A stretch of 64,000 bases of DNA from positions 64,001 to 128,000 of the IMG/VR virus record IMGVR_UViG_3300036784_000146; one strand, given 5' to 3'. Every line of letters starts with the position of its first letter. The stretch's first letter is position 1. This document shows positions 17,601 to 26,626 of the stretch, one piece after another. The stretch comes from a virus. Lineage: Duplodnaviria > Caudoviricetes. The translations under genes and the position numbers were made by a program. Under the pieces are notes generated by a model. That model searched no databases. It was given only the letters and a program-made list of their open reading frames with translations, and was not told the DNA's origin.

Positions 17601-20600
17601 TCGTGGGGTTCATTTCCTGGTACTGACCGCGCCGGGATCGCGGCGGGCGGTGCCGCCGATCAGTCCTACTCAACAGATGTGGCCCATAGCGGAACGCAGT
17701 CTTGGAAGATGCACATCCACGGCGTCACTGGCGGCGGTTTCACCGGCACCAACTCCGAGGGCTGGTTGTGGTTGCTGCCCAACGTGAATGACATTGAAAA
17801 CGAACCCAACCCACCCACTTCCGCGATCAAAGTCCAACCGGGACAGAAGTTCTATTTGGAGGTTTGGGTCTACGGCGCGGCCACCAACACCCAACCCAAC
17901 CACATGGCTTTAACTGCTCAAATCTGGGACTCCAAAGGCGTTAACCCCCCAAGCAGCATAGATGCTCAGATCATAGCCGGTTACGCCACCACGGGCGCAT
18001 GGACACAACTATCTGGATACGTCACTATCCCAACGGGTTACGACCTGTTCGCGCCGTACGCCGATGCGAACAACTACAACGGCTCGGCTGGCGATAGCAC
18101 CTTTTACTGGGATGACGCCACGATCCGCGAGGAAACCGCTGCCCAGAACATTATCAATTCACTGTTTGGCGGATCGTCCATTCTCGGGTCGGTCTTATCG
18201 AGCGTCATTCCCGGCCTCGATGTGTCCAAAATCATCAGCGGTGTCTTTGGTTCGGGATTCATACCGGGCCTCGACGCAAGCAAGATTATCAGCGGAATTT
18301 TCGGGACCGGGCTGATCCCGGGTCTCGACGTCAGCAAGATCATCTCCGGTGTTTTTGGCTCAGGATTCATCCCGGGCTTAGATGCCTCCAAGATCATCAG
18401 CGGGGCATTCCCATTGTCGATGACGCCGCTAGCTTTGGCTCAAAGCCTTTGGCAGACAGCGCGGATCGGCCAGAGTAGTCTGGTTATCAATGGAGATTTC
18501 AGTGATTCGACCATCAATCGCGGCCCTTTAACCGGCGCGGGTGGCTCGTTCGCTTATACTACGACAACCGCGCATAGCGGCACGCAGTGCATCCAGTTCA
18601 CAGGCGGTACAGCGTCGGGTGCGTCGGAAACATTCGACCTCGGCCCGTACCCAAGCACCGGGCCGTTCACCGCAGTTATCAAAGCCCAACCGGGACAATC
18701 GTTTTACGCCGAAGCCTATATCAAAGCTGGGGCGACCAACACGACGACAGCGGGATCAGTCGGCATAGCAGCGTTCCTGACAGACTCGACTGGCGTCAAT
18801 GCCAACACCATTATTTGGTTCGGCTCTGCCGTTGGAATGAATGTGATTCCCAATTCGTCGTGGACGAAGCTAGGTGGTGTCTATACAATCCCGGCTGGCT
18901 ATGACACGCTTCAACCGTTCGCGTGGATGGTGAGCGCCAATGTCGGCAGTCAGGTTTGGTACTGGGATGACGCTTTAATCCGCGAGGAATCGCGTGTTCA
19001 ACAGGTCATCTCGAATTTATGGGGTGGCGTCGGCAACCCGCTAACCAACATCCTGTCCTCCGTTGTCCCCGGTTTAGACGCAAGCAAAATCATCAGCGGT
19101 CTATTCAGTCAGGTCCAGATCCCCTCCTTGACGAGCGGCTGGGCCGGAACAGTCGACGTCAGCCGTATCCTCGGTCAGCTCGCCCAGACGGCGGTCTCTG
19201 GGGTTCTGGGTGGGGCGACCACGCTGGCCGACGATCTCACCGGCCTGGTGACCAACGCGGTCGGCCTTAGTGGCGGCAGTGGGTTCCCGTGGGCGTTCCC
19301 GATCAGCTTCGGCGGCGGAAATAACAACCTCGCCAGCGTCGGCACCGCAATCGCCGGGTCCACGCAGCTCGCTCAGCAGGTGCTCGACACCATCGTCAAG
19401 ATCAACACCGGGTCGACCGCCACTAACAACTCGTTGTCGCAGTTAGAGGCCGCCCTTCGACAGCAGCCCGGTAGCACCATCGTGTCGCAGCTCCCGCCTG
19501 CAGTGCTGCCCGACATCACGCTGCCGATGTCGACGGCCTTACAGGCAGTACACGCCTCCACCGGCCTCAACACGTCCGACATCAACGACATCGTCTCCTA
19601 CGCCGAACAAGAGAGCGCGGCGGCGCTGGGCACGTTCATCGGAAATACCGGCGGGATCGCCCAGGCCGCCCAGGGATTCGCGGGCGGAGCTGTCGACACC
19701 ATCAACAGTGTGTTGAGTGGCATCCCGGTGGTCGGTAGCGAACTCAGCGACCTGTTCAAGCAGTTCACCGGATTCCTCACCCCGCTGCACAACAACTGGA
19801 CCGGCTCTACGTTGCCCGCCGCCACCTCGACCGATGTGGCCGCCGCCGCGCTGAACTCGGCCACACAGGCCAACCAACAATCCCAGCTGATCTCGTCCAT
19901 CCAGACCCAGCTCCCCAAGTTCTACGGAGGCGGCAACAGCGGTATTTCGTATCAGACCGGGTTCGTCGGAGGTCTGCCAGCGGGGTTCGTGGCGTTCACG
20001 CCGGGCTCGGGCCCGGCCTACAACTGTGCGATCAACACCGCGCAGAAGGCCCAGACCGACACTCAAGCTGTCAGCGGGATTTGGAGCACCGCCGACGGCT
20101 GGGCCAAGGCGCTGATTCTGCGGTCCAACGCTGCCGCAACCTCATTCCATTACGCCGAGTGGTGGCCTGGTGGTGGCGTCATCGGGGTTTGCGTTGCTGG
20201 TGTGTACCACACCCTGCTGTCGTTCGCGGCACCGGCTTTCGTAGCCAACTACGCCTACACGTTTGAGGCTGTCGGCCGTCAACTAACGCTGACCGGCCCC
20301 GGCGGCCTGGACGCAACGGTCACCGACTCCGGCAACGTCGGCACCATCAACTCCAACTGCCGTTACGGCGGATTCGGCACAGATGGTTCCATCATTCAAA
20401 CGCAGGGCTGGGGCGCGGCCGGTGGCTACACCTTCACACCGCCCGGGGGCCTGGTCAACGGCGACCTCTACGACATCTACGGCTACGGAGCAGGTGGCGG
20501 TGGAGGTGGCGGCGTCGACGCCTGGGGCAATGGTGGCGGCGGCGGTGGGTACTCCGAGAACTACGGTATCGGCGGTTCCGGGTCAATCTCGGGGAGCACG

Positions 20601-21587
20601 ATTATCGGCGCGGCGAATGGCCTCTCGGTAGGCCAACAGATCGCCATCACCATCGGCGGCGGCGGTCCGCCCGGGTCCAGCGAATACTATGCGACCGGCG
20701 AGATCACGTACTACTACTACGGCGGCAACAGCGGCCTCAGCAAACCGGTCTACGCCAACTACGGGTCAAGCGGAGCAGCTGGCGGGGCTACCGGCGCGTC
20801 GTGGTCGGGCGCGCTCGGCAGCGGATCGGTGTATTGCCCTGGTGGTGCGGGCGGCGCGGCCTACGGCGGTGCACCGACCGGCGGCGGCTCCTACGGCGCG
20901 GCGCAAGGTGGCGAGGCATTGGTCAACGGCAGCGCGCCCGCCTACAACGGCTATAACGGCAATCAGTGGGGCGGCGGCGGCTCAGGCTGTTATTCGGGCA
21001 GCGGCCAAACTTACGAGCACGATTATTACGGCACACTCGGCAGTCACACCTACGACTACATTTACGGCGTCAACGGTGCGCAGAGTGCTGGGGCTGGCTA
21101 CGACGGTGTGATGTGGATCGACTCGGTCAGCCGCCAATTGCCGGGATCGATCGCCTCGTTCGCATTCTGGGATGCGGCTATTTCTGGCCCGCAGTATGTT
21201 GCGGTGCAGCCAGGCACGTACACGGAAACCACCACGTCAACTACCTGGGCTGATTTGGCGACAACGAGCGATCAACTTACCGTCAACGTCGGCCCAAGCG
21301 GTATGGTCGCTATTTTCATATCGTGCGAGTTCGCTTACAACACAGCGGTCAACGGACAATGCTTTATATCCATTGGCATTACCGGAGCTAATAACATTGG
21401 AACCGGATTTGCGTCGTCTGGTATGCAGACCAGCACTGGCGCGGGCGGGTTGACCGCTGACTCTCTGTTCGGTTTTTACTTGATGACCGGGGGAGCGCAA
21501 GGCGCAACAGTTTTCAAAATGAAATACTTGGTCAATACCGGCACAGGTAATTTCGGGCCGCGATACATGTTGGCTATACCGTTCTAG
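14613..21587 (+). CDS. Giant tail spike/fibre protein: spike-like N-terminus, 18-aa repeats, three CBM-like domains, Gly-rich C-terminus
   Basis: ATGA overlap at 14613; TPSVGEQWYI OB-like start; three NLVI..FED/D...WTKLxG..T[IV]PxGYD..YxDDA modules. Confidence 0.75.
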   Translation: MTNPGFATALAPAWQRQAVAILSVDAASNTALGLTRRETQVQIDLSYHVGSVQVTPSVGEQWYITKQTPPTPRMGITWVLDAKIPFNTPEITLPATEGQQQIGTGKGPIQLHGTQVNANGPLRLANANSSLADSIARARDGHKRAASLPGASTVDAGSLVYNGAAPAYSNGSNWIQLGTYDLPSGGIPNSQLAADVQALLALAGSAFQLPSGGISATDLTTEVQNFLSLAGTALQDVVGSVGLGNLHTSGTPSAGQSLLVDSSGTGLTFGTPSTSGTSSGLLSLLEGMTGISGALPADLIGLWTSVLGDITGLATGTLTIPELVAGIVPRLQNLSPNGLINSQALDNIAGSILRNLDGTGKFDAAQLFNINNIPSIPQEAISGLTYTISQLLQVVDFQNLLQGLFGTTSIGSFLGVPGLLSGFGTSTSILTQLLGLFPGLAGGLSGLPGLGAVFTDLTGLLGTPTGLGSGSPTLPGVGSIPVLGGLLGSGNLLGGGLSTASPITTQLLGLFPGLATGLSGLTGLGSVFTDLTGLLGTPTHLGSGSPSLPGIGSIPLLGGLLSGGTTLLTSLIPGLDASKIVSGIFGTGLIPGLDASKIVSGIFGSGFIPGLDASKIISGAFPLSMTPLALATSLWKTGKQGNTNLVIDPQFEDSTITHGSALGTGASLAYSTVTARSGTQCLALTTQTSTTGQNDFFMLAPVPTTGIWEAASGLKTQPGQTFYCEFYVKAKATNTATVGTVAFGISFVDSTGVTAQTYVGLGTVNMSGLSSSAWTKVSGWYTVPAGYDTAFPFAWTNACNAANQVFYFDDALVREETRSQSIISNLWGSVGSPLTNILAAVVPGLDASKIISGIVGVAQIPLLDAAKIVSGVFGQSLIPSLTSGWGGSILSSFLSGTLGTGLIPGLDASKIISGVLGGTLIPLLPASQITSGTFLTSLIPGLDASKIISGAFPQSMITSLTSDLGALLPINIFNQRTNAGSNLVISPNFDDSTIYRSWGSFPGTDRAGIAAGGAADQSYSTDVAHSGTQSWKMHIHGVTGGGFTGTNSEGWLWLLPNVNDIENEPNPPTSAIKVQPGQKFYLEVWVYGAATNTQPNHMALTAQIWDSKGVNPPSSIDAQIIAGYATTGAWTQLSGYVTIPTGYDLFAPYADANNYNGSAGDSTFYWDDATIREETAAQNIINSLFGGSSILGSVLSSVIPGLDVSKIISGVFGSGFIPGLDASKIISGIFGTGLIPGLDVSKIISGVFGSGFIPGLDASKIISGAFPLSMTPLALAQSLWQTARIGQSSLVINGDFSDSTINRGPLTGAGGSFAYTTTTAHSGTQCIQFTGGTASGASETFDLGPYPSTGPFTAVIKAQPGQSFYAEAYIKAGATNTTTAGSVGIAAFLTDSTGVNANTIIWFGSAVGMNVIPNSSWTKLGGVYTIPAGYDTLQPFAWMVSANVGSQVWYWDDALIREESRVQQVISNLWGGVGNPLTNILSSVVPGLDASKIISGLFSQVQIPSLTSGWAGTVDVSRILGQLAQTAVSGVLGGATTLADDLTGLVTNAVGLSGGSGFPWAFPISFGGGNNNLASVGTAIAGSTQLAQQVLDTIVKINTGSTATNNSLSQLEAALRQQPGSTIVSQLPPAVLPDITLPMSTALQAVHASTGLNTSDINDIVSYAEQESAAALGTFIGNTGGIAQAAQGFAGGAVDTINSVLSGIPVVGSELSDLFKQFTGFLTPLHNNWTGSTLPAATSTDVAAAALNSATQANQQSQLISSIQTQLPKFYGGGNSGISYQTGFVGGLPAGFVAFTPGSGPAYNCAINTAQKAQTDTQAVSGIWSTADGWAKALILRSNAAATSFHYAEWWPGGGVIGVCVAGVYHTLLSFAAPAFVANYAYTFEAVGRQLTLTGPGGLDATVTDSGNVGTINSNCRYGGFGTDGSIIQTQGWGAAGGYTFTPPGGLVNGDLYDIYGYGAGGGGGGGVDAWGNGGGGGGYSENYGIGGSGSISGSTIIGAANGLSVGQQIAITIGGGGPPGSSEYYATGEITYYYYGGNSGLSKPVYANYGSSGAAGGATGASWSGALGSGSVYCPGGAGGAAYGGAPTGGGSYGAAQGGEALVNGSAPAYNGYNGNQWGGGGSGCYSGSGQTYEHDYYGTLGSHTYDYIYGVNGAQSAGAGYDGVMWIDSVSRQLPGSIASFAFWDAAISGPQYVAVQPGTYTETTTSTTWADLATTSDQLTVNVGPSGMVAIFISCEFAYNTAVNGQCFISIGITGANNIGTGFASSGMQTSTGAGGLTADSLFGFYLMTGGAQGATVFKMKYLVNTGTGNFGPRYMLAIPF
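15897..16310 (+). repeat. Tandem duplication of about 74 aa (222-nt period) of a G/L-rich segment
   Basis: TQLLGLFPGLAxGLSGLxGLGxVFTDLTGLLGTPTxLGSGSPxLPGxGSIP occurs twice. Confidence 0.85.
16320..19110 (+). repeat. 18-aa [IV]PGLD[AV]SKI[IV]SG repeats in four blocks
   Basis: 11 close copies plus 2 variants in blocks of 3, 3+2, 4 and 1, separating the CBM-like modules. Confidence 0.9.
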
Positions 21588-21596
21588 GAGGAATCA

Positions 21597-22415
21597 ATGT
21601 CAGATGTTTTGCCGGTCACCCGGCTCACACCTCAAAGCATCCAGGCCGTTCGCATGGAACTTGGGCCGGGCGGTCAGACTGCCGGTAAGATCGCCGCACT
21701 ACTGGCGATGCTGATGAATCCTGCACTTAACCTGGGATACACAACCGAGAGCGCCACCGACCTAGCGCAGTACAACGGTGGCTGGCGAATTAAAATTTTG
21801 CGTGGTGATGACGCTGAACTCATTTCCTACACGGGGGATTGGATTGTTGTCACCGACGCACTCTACGATGACACCAATGGGTGGCGGCTACAGAAGACGA
21901 GCCGTGTCCACATCTACGGCGTATCGGCCGGAATGTCCGGTACCGCAGTCGATTTCGTTAACACATTCAGCGCGAACACTCCATTGATCTGGGATGCGTT
22001 GGCGACCGCACCCGTGGCCACGCCGTTGGATAATCTCTCGGCGCAGCTCACGTTCAAGCAGCCGCTCAGCGCGAACGGCCCGTGGACTTACCAGATCGCC
22101 AGCGGTCCCGGCACAGCCGGAGCCTTCAGCGAGCCCGACGAGCAGGGCAACGTCACCGTGGTCATCACCGGCTTGACCGACCAAGAGCAGTGCGCGTGGA
22201 CGGTCCAGGTCACCGCCTCGCAGTACACCGGAATCACCGGCACGTCGGCAGCAAGCAACACAATCACGGCGGTTACCGTATTGCCGACACCGGCCGTGCA
22301 AGCGGCCGATGTTGTTCCTGACATATCACAATTCAGAGGACCGAACCGGGCACCGCGCGTTGCCCCGCCGACCGCACCGCCCACACCGCCGACCACACCG
22401 ATCATGGTGGTTTAG
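21597..22415 (+). CDS. Hypothetical tail-associated protein, possible Fn3-like domain
   Basis: RBS AGGAGG; VVITGLT..WTVQVTA..SAASNTIT Fn3-like pattern; Pro-rich tail. Confidence 0.55.
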   Translation: MSDVLPVTRLTPQSIQAVRMELGPGGQTAGKIAALLAMLMNPALNLGYTTESATDLAQYNGGWRIKILRGDDAELISYTGDWIVVTDALYDDTNGWRLQKTSRVHIYGVSAGMSGTAVDFVNTFSANTPLIWDALATAPVATPLDNLSAQLTFKQPLSANGPWTYQIASGPGTAGAFSEPDEQGNVTVVITGLTDQEQCAWTVQVTASQYTGITGTSAASNTITAVTVLPTPAVQAADVVPDISQFRGPNRAPRVAPPTAPPTPPTTPIMVV

Positions 22416-22422
22416 GAGAGAC

Positions 22423-23289
22423 ATGCCCGTATGTCCCGCAAGCTGGCTGCCGACCGGCGGCGGCCCGGCCGGTCACGGTGCGCCGGTCGTCGGCAGTCCT
22501 GGCAACTTCTACTACGACGGCGTCAACCAGAACCGGCTAGAAGTCGCAGTCAACTCGGTCCCGTCCAAGCCCTTCGCCAACGTGGTCGCGCAGAGCAACC
22601 AGGTGGGCACCTACAACCAACCCGCCGGAGGCAGCAACGCGGTCGGGGCGACGTTCACCTATACGGCGACCGGGCCCACCGTCATCGACGGGCACACACT
22701 AGGCGCGCTAGAGAAGGTGCTACTCGTCAGCCAGACCGCCCCGGCACAGAACGGCCTGTACGACGTGACGACACCGGGCTCTACGGGCGTGTCGACCATC
22801 CTGACCCGCAACCCGGCACTGAACAGTTCAGCCGACTTCCCGGGCGCATTAGTCACGGTGGGTGGCGATGGCACAACCTACGGCGGCACGGCGTGGCTGT
22901 GTGTGGCGACCGGCTCCCCGGTGATGGGCACCAGCGCGCTGCCCTTTGACGAGTTCTCCCCCACCAGCGTTGTCATCCTCAACACCAGCTCTCCGGCATC
23001 GGTGACGCTGAACCCGCAGACGTTCCAGTGCTACAAGATCACGGGGCTGGCCAATCAGCTCGCGCTCGACTTGACAGGCAGCCCGCCCGATCGCTACCCG
23101 TTCGAGGTGCTCATCACCGACAACAACACGCCGCAGAACCTCATCTGGACGGCGAAGTTCGCGCCGATGGGGGTGGTTGGGGCGCTGCCCAACGTCACGC
23201 CGATGGGCAAACGCATGACGATGAAGTTCATCTACGACGTCGATAACGCAACCGCGATGCTTGCCGCCATTGACGGCGTGGGCTACTAG
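22423..23289 (+). CDS. Tail fibre/decoration protein
   Basis: RBS AGGAGAG plus ATG 22423; IDG..L...KVLLVSQT.PAQNGLY motif seen in phage fibre/decoration proteins. Confidence 0.6.
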   Translation: MPVCPASWLPTGGGPAGHGAPVVGSPGNFYYDGVNQNRLEVAVNSVPSKPFANVVAQSNQVGTYNQPAGGSNAVGATFTYTATGPTVIDGHTLGALEKVLLVSQTAPAQNGLYDVTTPGSTGVSTILTRNPALNSSADFPGALVTVGGDGTTYGGTAWLCVATGSPVMGTSALPFDEFSPTSVVILNTSSPASVTLNPQTFQCYKITGLANQLALDLTGSPPDRYPFEVLITDNNTPQNLIWTAKFAPMGVVGALPNVTPMGKRMTMKFIYDVDNATAMLAAIDGVGY

Positions 23290-23304
23290 GAAAGGGAAAC
23301 ACAA

Positions 23305-23898
23305 ATGTCAGGTGGTAACACAGGGACGTGGGTGGAAACACTCTACACAAGCACAGGTGTCGGTACGGCGAAGAATACATTCGCCGTTGAATCGCAGATC
23401 AACGACGTTGCGGGGATGGGTGTTCAGGCACGCATACCCAAAGACTTCTGGCTGCCAAATAACGCGCAAATTGGTCGCGGCATCAGGATCAAGGCAGCCG
23501 GTATTGTGTCATCGACCGGCACCCCGACTTATACGCTCACTTGTCGGCTCGGCGCACAGGGCAATACGACCACCGCCGCCATTCTGCAGACCCCCGCAAT
23601 GACTACGGTATCTGGTGCGGCGAATGGCTTCTGGGAGTTTGAAGGCGACTTCATTTTAACCGCCATCGGTGGCGTTGGCGCTAATTCAAGCGGTCGCGGC
23701 ATCGGCCATGTTCTTTCTGGCGCTAGTGCTTTTGCGACATCGATCTACCCACTGTTCGGCGGCGGCGCTTCGCCGGGCTCGATCTCCAATCTGGACACGT
23801 CGGTCGATAATTTCGTGAACTTCAACGCCAACTGCTCCACCAGCAACGTCGCCAACCAGATCCAGTTGCTGAAACTTCTCGTGAAGGGGCTGAACTGA
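23305..23898 (+). CDS. Hypothetical structural protein
   Basis: RBS AAAGGGAAA; beta-rich G/T/S composition. Confidence 0.6.
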   Translation: MSGGNTGTWVETLYTSTGVGTAKNTFAVESQINDVAGMGVQARIPKDFWLPNNAQIGRGIRIKAAGIVSSTGTPTYTLTCRLGAQGNTTTAAILQTPAMTTVSGAANGFWEFEGDFILTAIGGVGANSSGRGIGHVLSGASAFATSIYPLFGGGASPGSISNLDTSVDNFVNFNANCSTSNVANQIQLLKLLVKGLN

Positions 23899-24026
23899 TG
23901 CCGAACACCAGTTACCCGACAGCCGATCCTCGCCAAGGTCCGCTAGCACCTATGCCGGGTCCGATACAGCAGGTGTCAGCCCCGACCAAACGGAAGCGCA
24001 ACTTGTTCTTCATGGGCATGAGATAA
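23898..24026 (+). CDS. 42-aa hypothetical protein (not in ORF track)
   Basis: TGATG overlap; MPNTSYPTADPRQGP...NLFFMGMR fills the gap. Confidence 0.4.
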   Translation: MPNTSYPTADPRQGPLAPMPGPIQQVSAPTKRKRNLFFMGMR

Positions 24027-24051
24027 CCGGTCCGGTGATATCGTGCTGACC

Positions 24052-24384
24052 ATGGCTTCAACCCTCAGTAAGGGCACCGCGTTTCGCGGCCCCAACGGAC
24101 AGGTGGCAGTGCGTACCGGCCCGGCGGTCGCTGTCGGTCAATACTTCGTGTTTGACCCCGACAACGGCGGCTATTACGAGAACGCCGACGACAAGGTCGC
24201 CGAGATCGAAGCGTGGGACGAACTCGACGTCAAAGCGTCTACGGCGTCGACCACTACGACTACGCCGACTCCGGCCCCTCCGGCTGCACCGACCCCTCCT
24301 GCAACACCGACCCCGGCCGCTGCTGCCGCACCGCCGCTTCCGCCTAGGCCTCCTACGGCTCCGGCGGCTCCCTCGGGCAAGTGA
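24052..24384 (+). CDS. Hypothetical protein with P/T/A-rich C-terminus
   Basis: Coding bias; start at 24043 or 24052. Confidence 0.55.
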   Translation: MASTLSKGTAFRGPNGQVAVRTGPAVAVGQYFVFDPDNGGYYENADDKVAEIEAWDELDVKASTASTTTTTPTPAPPAAPTPPATPTPAAAAAPPLPPRPPTAPAAPSGK

Positions 24385-24457
24385 GCTACCCATAGCCTCC
24401 TGACGCCCTGTAGGCGTTCACCTCTCCCGCCTTAAAGGGAGAGAGGAGGCTTCGCGG

Positions 24458-24874
24458 ATGACGTTCTCGCTGGCGCTTCAAAACGGCGACTTGGTGCAGC
24501 AGGGGTCCAGCTTGGCGATTGTCTCGGGGACCGCCAAGCTGCAACAGGACATGGGTCTGTGGTTGACCGAGCGCCTCGGGGTCGACCGGTTCCATCCTCG
24601 TTATGGCTCGGAGCTGCCGAACTTCATCGGCGGGGTCGTCGACATGACCACCCAGTCCAAGGTGCAGGGCGAGGTGGACCGGGTGCTGGGGAACTATCAG
24701 GTGATCCAGATGATGGCCTTCCAGAACAGCCCGCAGCTATTCAGCTTCGACGAGCTGCTCCAAACACTGACCGGCGTGCAGGTGGGCCTCAATTTCGACA
24801 CGGTCAGCGTGGCGGTCTCGGTAGCCACCGGCAGCGGTTCCACGGCGATAGCTTCAGCCTCAACGAGCGTCTAG
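24458..24874 (+). CDS. Baseplate wedge protein (gpW/gp25-like)
   Basis: KLQQD..W..E..G.DRFHPRYGS motif; RBS GAGGAGG. Confidence 0.85.
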   Translation: MTFSLALQNGDLVQQGSSLAIVSGTAKLQQDMGLWLTERLGVDRFHPRYGSELPNFIGGVVDMTTQSKVQGEVDRVLGNYQVIQMMAFQNSPQLFSFDELLQTLTGVQVGLNFDTVSVAVSVATGSGSTAIASASTSV

Positions 24875-24883
24875 GGAGTCGGA

Positions 24884-26626
24884 GTGAGCAAGACTCCCGA
24901 TCAGATAGCCCAGCAGATCCTGGCCACCCTGGCCCAGACGATGCCGACGCTGTCGTGTGCGATTGGCACGCCGGAGCGCAAAATCATCGACGCCTGCGCC
25001 GAACAGATCTCGACCGCGTCCATCGACACCTATCTGGTGGGTTCGTTGCTGGACATCGACACCAAGGCCGGGGCCGAACTCGAACAGTTCGTCGGCATCT
25101 TTGGTTACGGCAGGCTGTCGGGCAAGCCAGCTCAGGGCACCGTGCGGGTCACCCTCACGGTGGCCTCGACCTCCGACTACACCATCAGCCAGGGCGTCAC
25201 CTTCTACACCGGGACCGGCGTGTCGGGGCTGACCACCCAGTTGTACTACTCGGCCAACCAGAGCGTGGTATTGCCAGCCGGTGACTATTCGGTAGACGTC
25301 CCGGTCACCTGCACCACCGTCGGCGTGGCTGGCAACGTGCCGCCGGGCTCGATCACCAACCTGTCTTCGGCGATCGGCTCCTCTGCGGTCACCAACCTGC
25401 AGGCCATGACCGACGGTACCGACCCCGAGAGCGACGATCAGCTGCGCCAGCGGTTCAAGGACACCTTCCTGCGCAACGTCGCGGGCACCGCCGACTGGTA
25501 TATCGCGCTGTGCCAGCAGAACAACGCGGTCACTCGGGTCGTGGTCTTCGGGCCCACCGCGCTTTACACCACCCAGATCGCGGCGCCCTCCACCACGCTG
25601 GCGTTGCCGGTCGACCAGGACGTCAAGTACGTGTGGCCCGACCAGACGAGCTGCTTCATCAACCTGGGCCAGCCGACCGAGACCTTCTACGCCGAGAACG
25701 ACGACTACGTCTTGTCGACCGGCATCTCGCCGGTGTTCACCACCGTGTCCTCCGGTGCGATCAGCCCCGGCGACATCGTCGACTTGGAGTTCCAGTACAC
25801 CCCGGTGTGCTCGCGCAACGACCCGGCCAACGGGATCGCCAACAAGGTCGACGTCTTCTGCGACGGCATCGCGCCCTTCACGGTCACCGAGCGCAGCGTC
25901 ATCGACGGCACCGAGCTGTCTTCGGAGTCCGGCGACCCGTTCTACACCGGCAACTTCATGCGCCTGGGATCTACGGGTAGCCCAGTGGCCACCAACCGCT
26001 ACACCCGGCTGGGCAACGTCCCGCTGGTCACCTTCCCGCCGACGCTGACCGTGGGCGGCGAGATCTATACCCTGGGCACCCACTACTTCGTGATCCAGGA
26101 CATCACGCTGTTGCAGGGCTCGCGACTGGAAGCCACCGGCATCGAGTGGGATTCGTCCGGCCCGGCCACCGGCGCCGAGCTGACCTTGGAATACGTCTAC
26201 AACCAGGTGCCCGAGGTGCTCGACAACGTGATGACCACCTCCAAGCAGCTGACCACCGACGTGATGGTGCACCAGGCCCAGTACGTCTACCTGCAGCCCT
26301 GCCTGAACATCGAGTACGACCGCAGCTACTCCCCGGCCACCGTCAATGCCGCTGTGGCCACCCGGCTGCAGAGCTACATCGCCGGGCTGCCGTTCGGTTC
26401 GCAGATCAAGTTCTCGGTGCTGTGCTCGGTGATCGGCCAGGTGTTGGGTGTGGTCGACGTCAAGGTCACCAGCAGCACCGATAACCCCGACGTCTACGGG
26501 ATCCAGGTGTTCGCCAACTCCGAAGACATCGCCCCCCTCAGCGTGCAGGCCACCGACTTCAAGCTCGACGACAACCAGGTCGCTTACTTCCTGGGCTCCA
26601 TCATCACCCGGACGGCGGCGCCGTAA
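24884..26626 (+). CDS. Baseplate J-like protein
   Basis: GNVPPGSIT..VTN...GTDPESDDQLRQRF..GT..Y motif. Confidence 0.9.
   Translation: MSKTPDQIAQQILATLAQTMPTLSCAIGTPERKIIDACAEQISTASIDTYLVGSLLDIDTKAGAELEQFVGIFGYGRLSGKPAQGTVRVTLTVASTSDYTISQGVTFYTGTGVSGLTTQLYYSANQSVVLPAGDYSVDVPVTCTTVGVAGNVPPGSITNLSSAIGSSAVTNLQAMTDGTDPESDDQLRQRFKDTFLRNVAGTADWYIALCQQNNAVTRVVVFGPTALYTTQIAAPSTTLALPVDQDVKYVWPDQTSCFINLGQPTETFYAENDDYVLSTGISPVFTTVSSGAISPGDIVDLEFQYTPVCSRNDPANGIANKVDVFCDGIAPFTVTERSVIDGTELSSESGDPFYTGNFMRLGSTGSPVATNRYTRLGNVPLVTFPPTLTVGGEIYTLGTHYFVIQDITLLQGSRLEATGIEWDSSGPATGAELTLEYVYNQVPEVLDNVMTTSKQLTTDVMVHQAQYVYLQPCLNIEYDRSYSPATVNAAVATRLQSYIAGLPFGSQIKFSVLCSVIGQVLGVVDVKVTSSTDNPDVYGIQVFANSEDIAPLSVQATDFKLDDNQVAYFLGSIITRTAAP

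Noticed and set aside
16320-19110. 54-nt repeats as a CRISPR array
   Set aside because: The repeats are in-frame, vary at synonymous positions and have no unique spacers
20400-21150. Tyr/Asn/Gly-rich fibre end as a diversity-generating retroelement target
   Set aside because: No template repeat or reverse transcriptase in the window; typical glycine-rich tail domain
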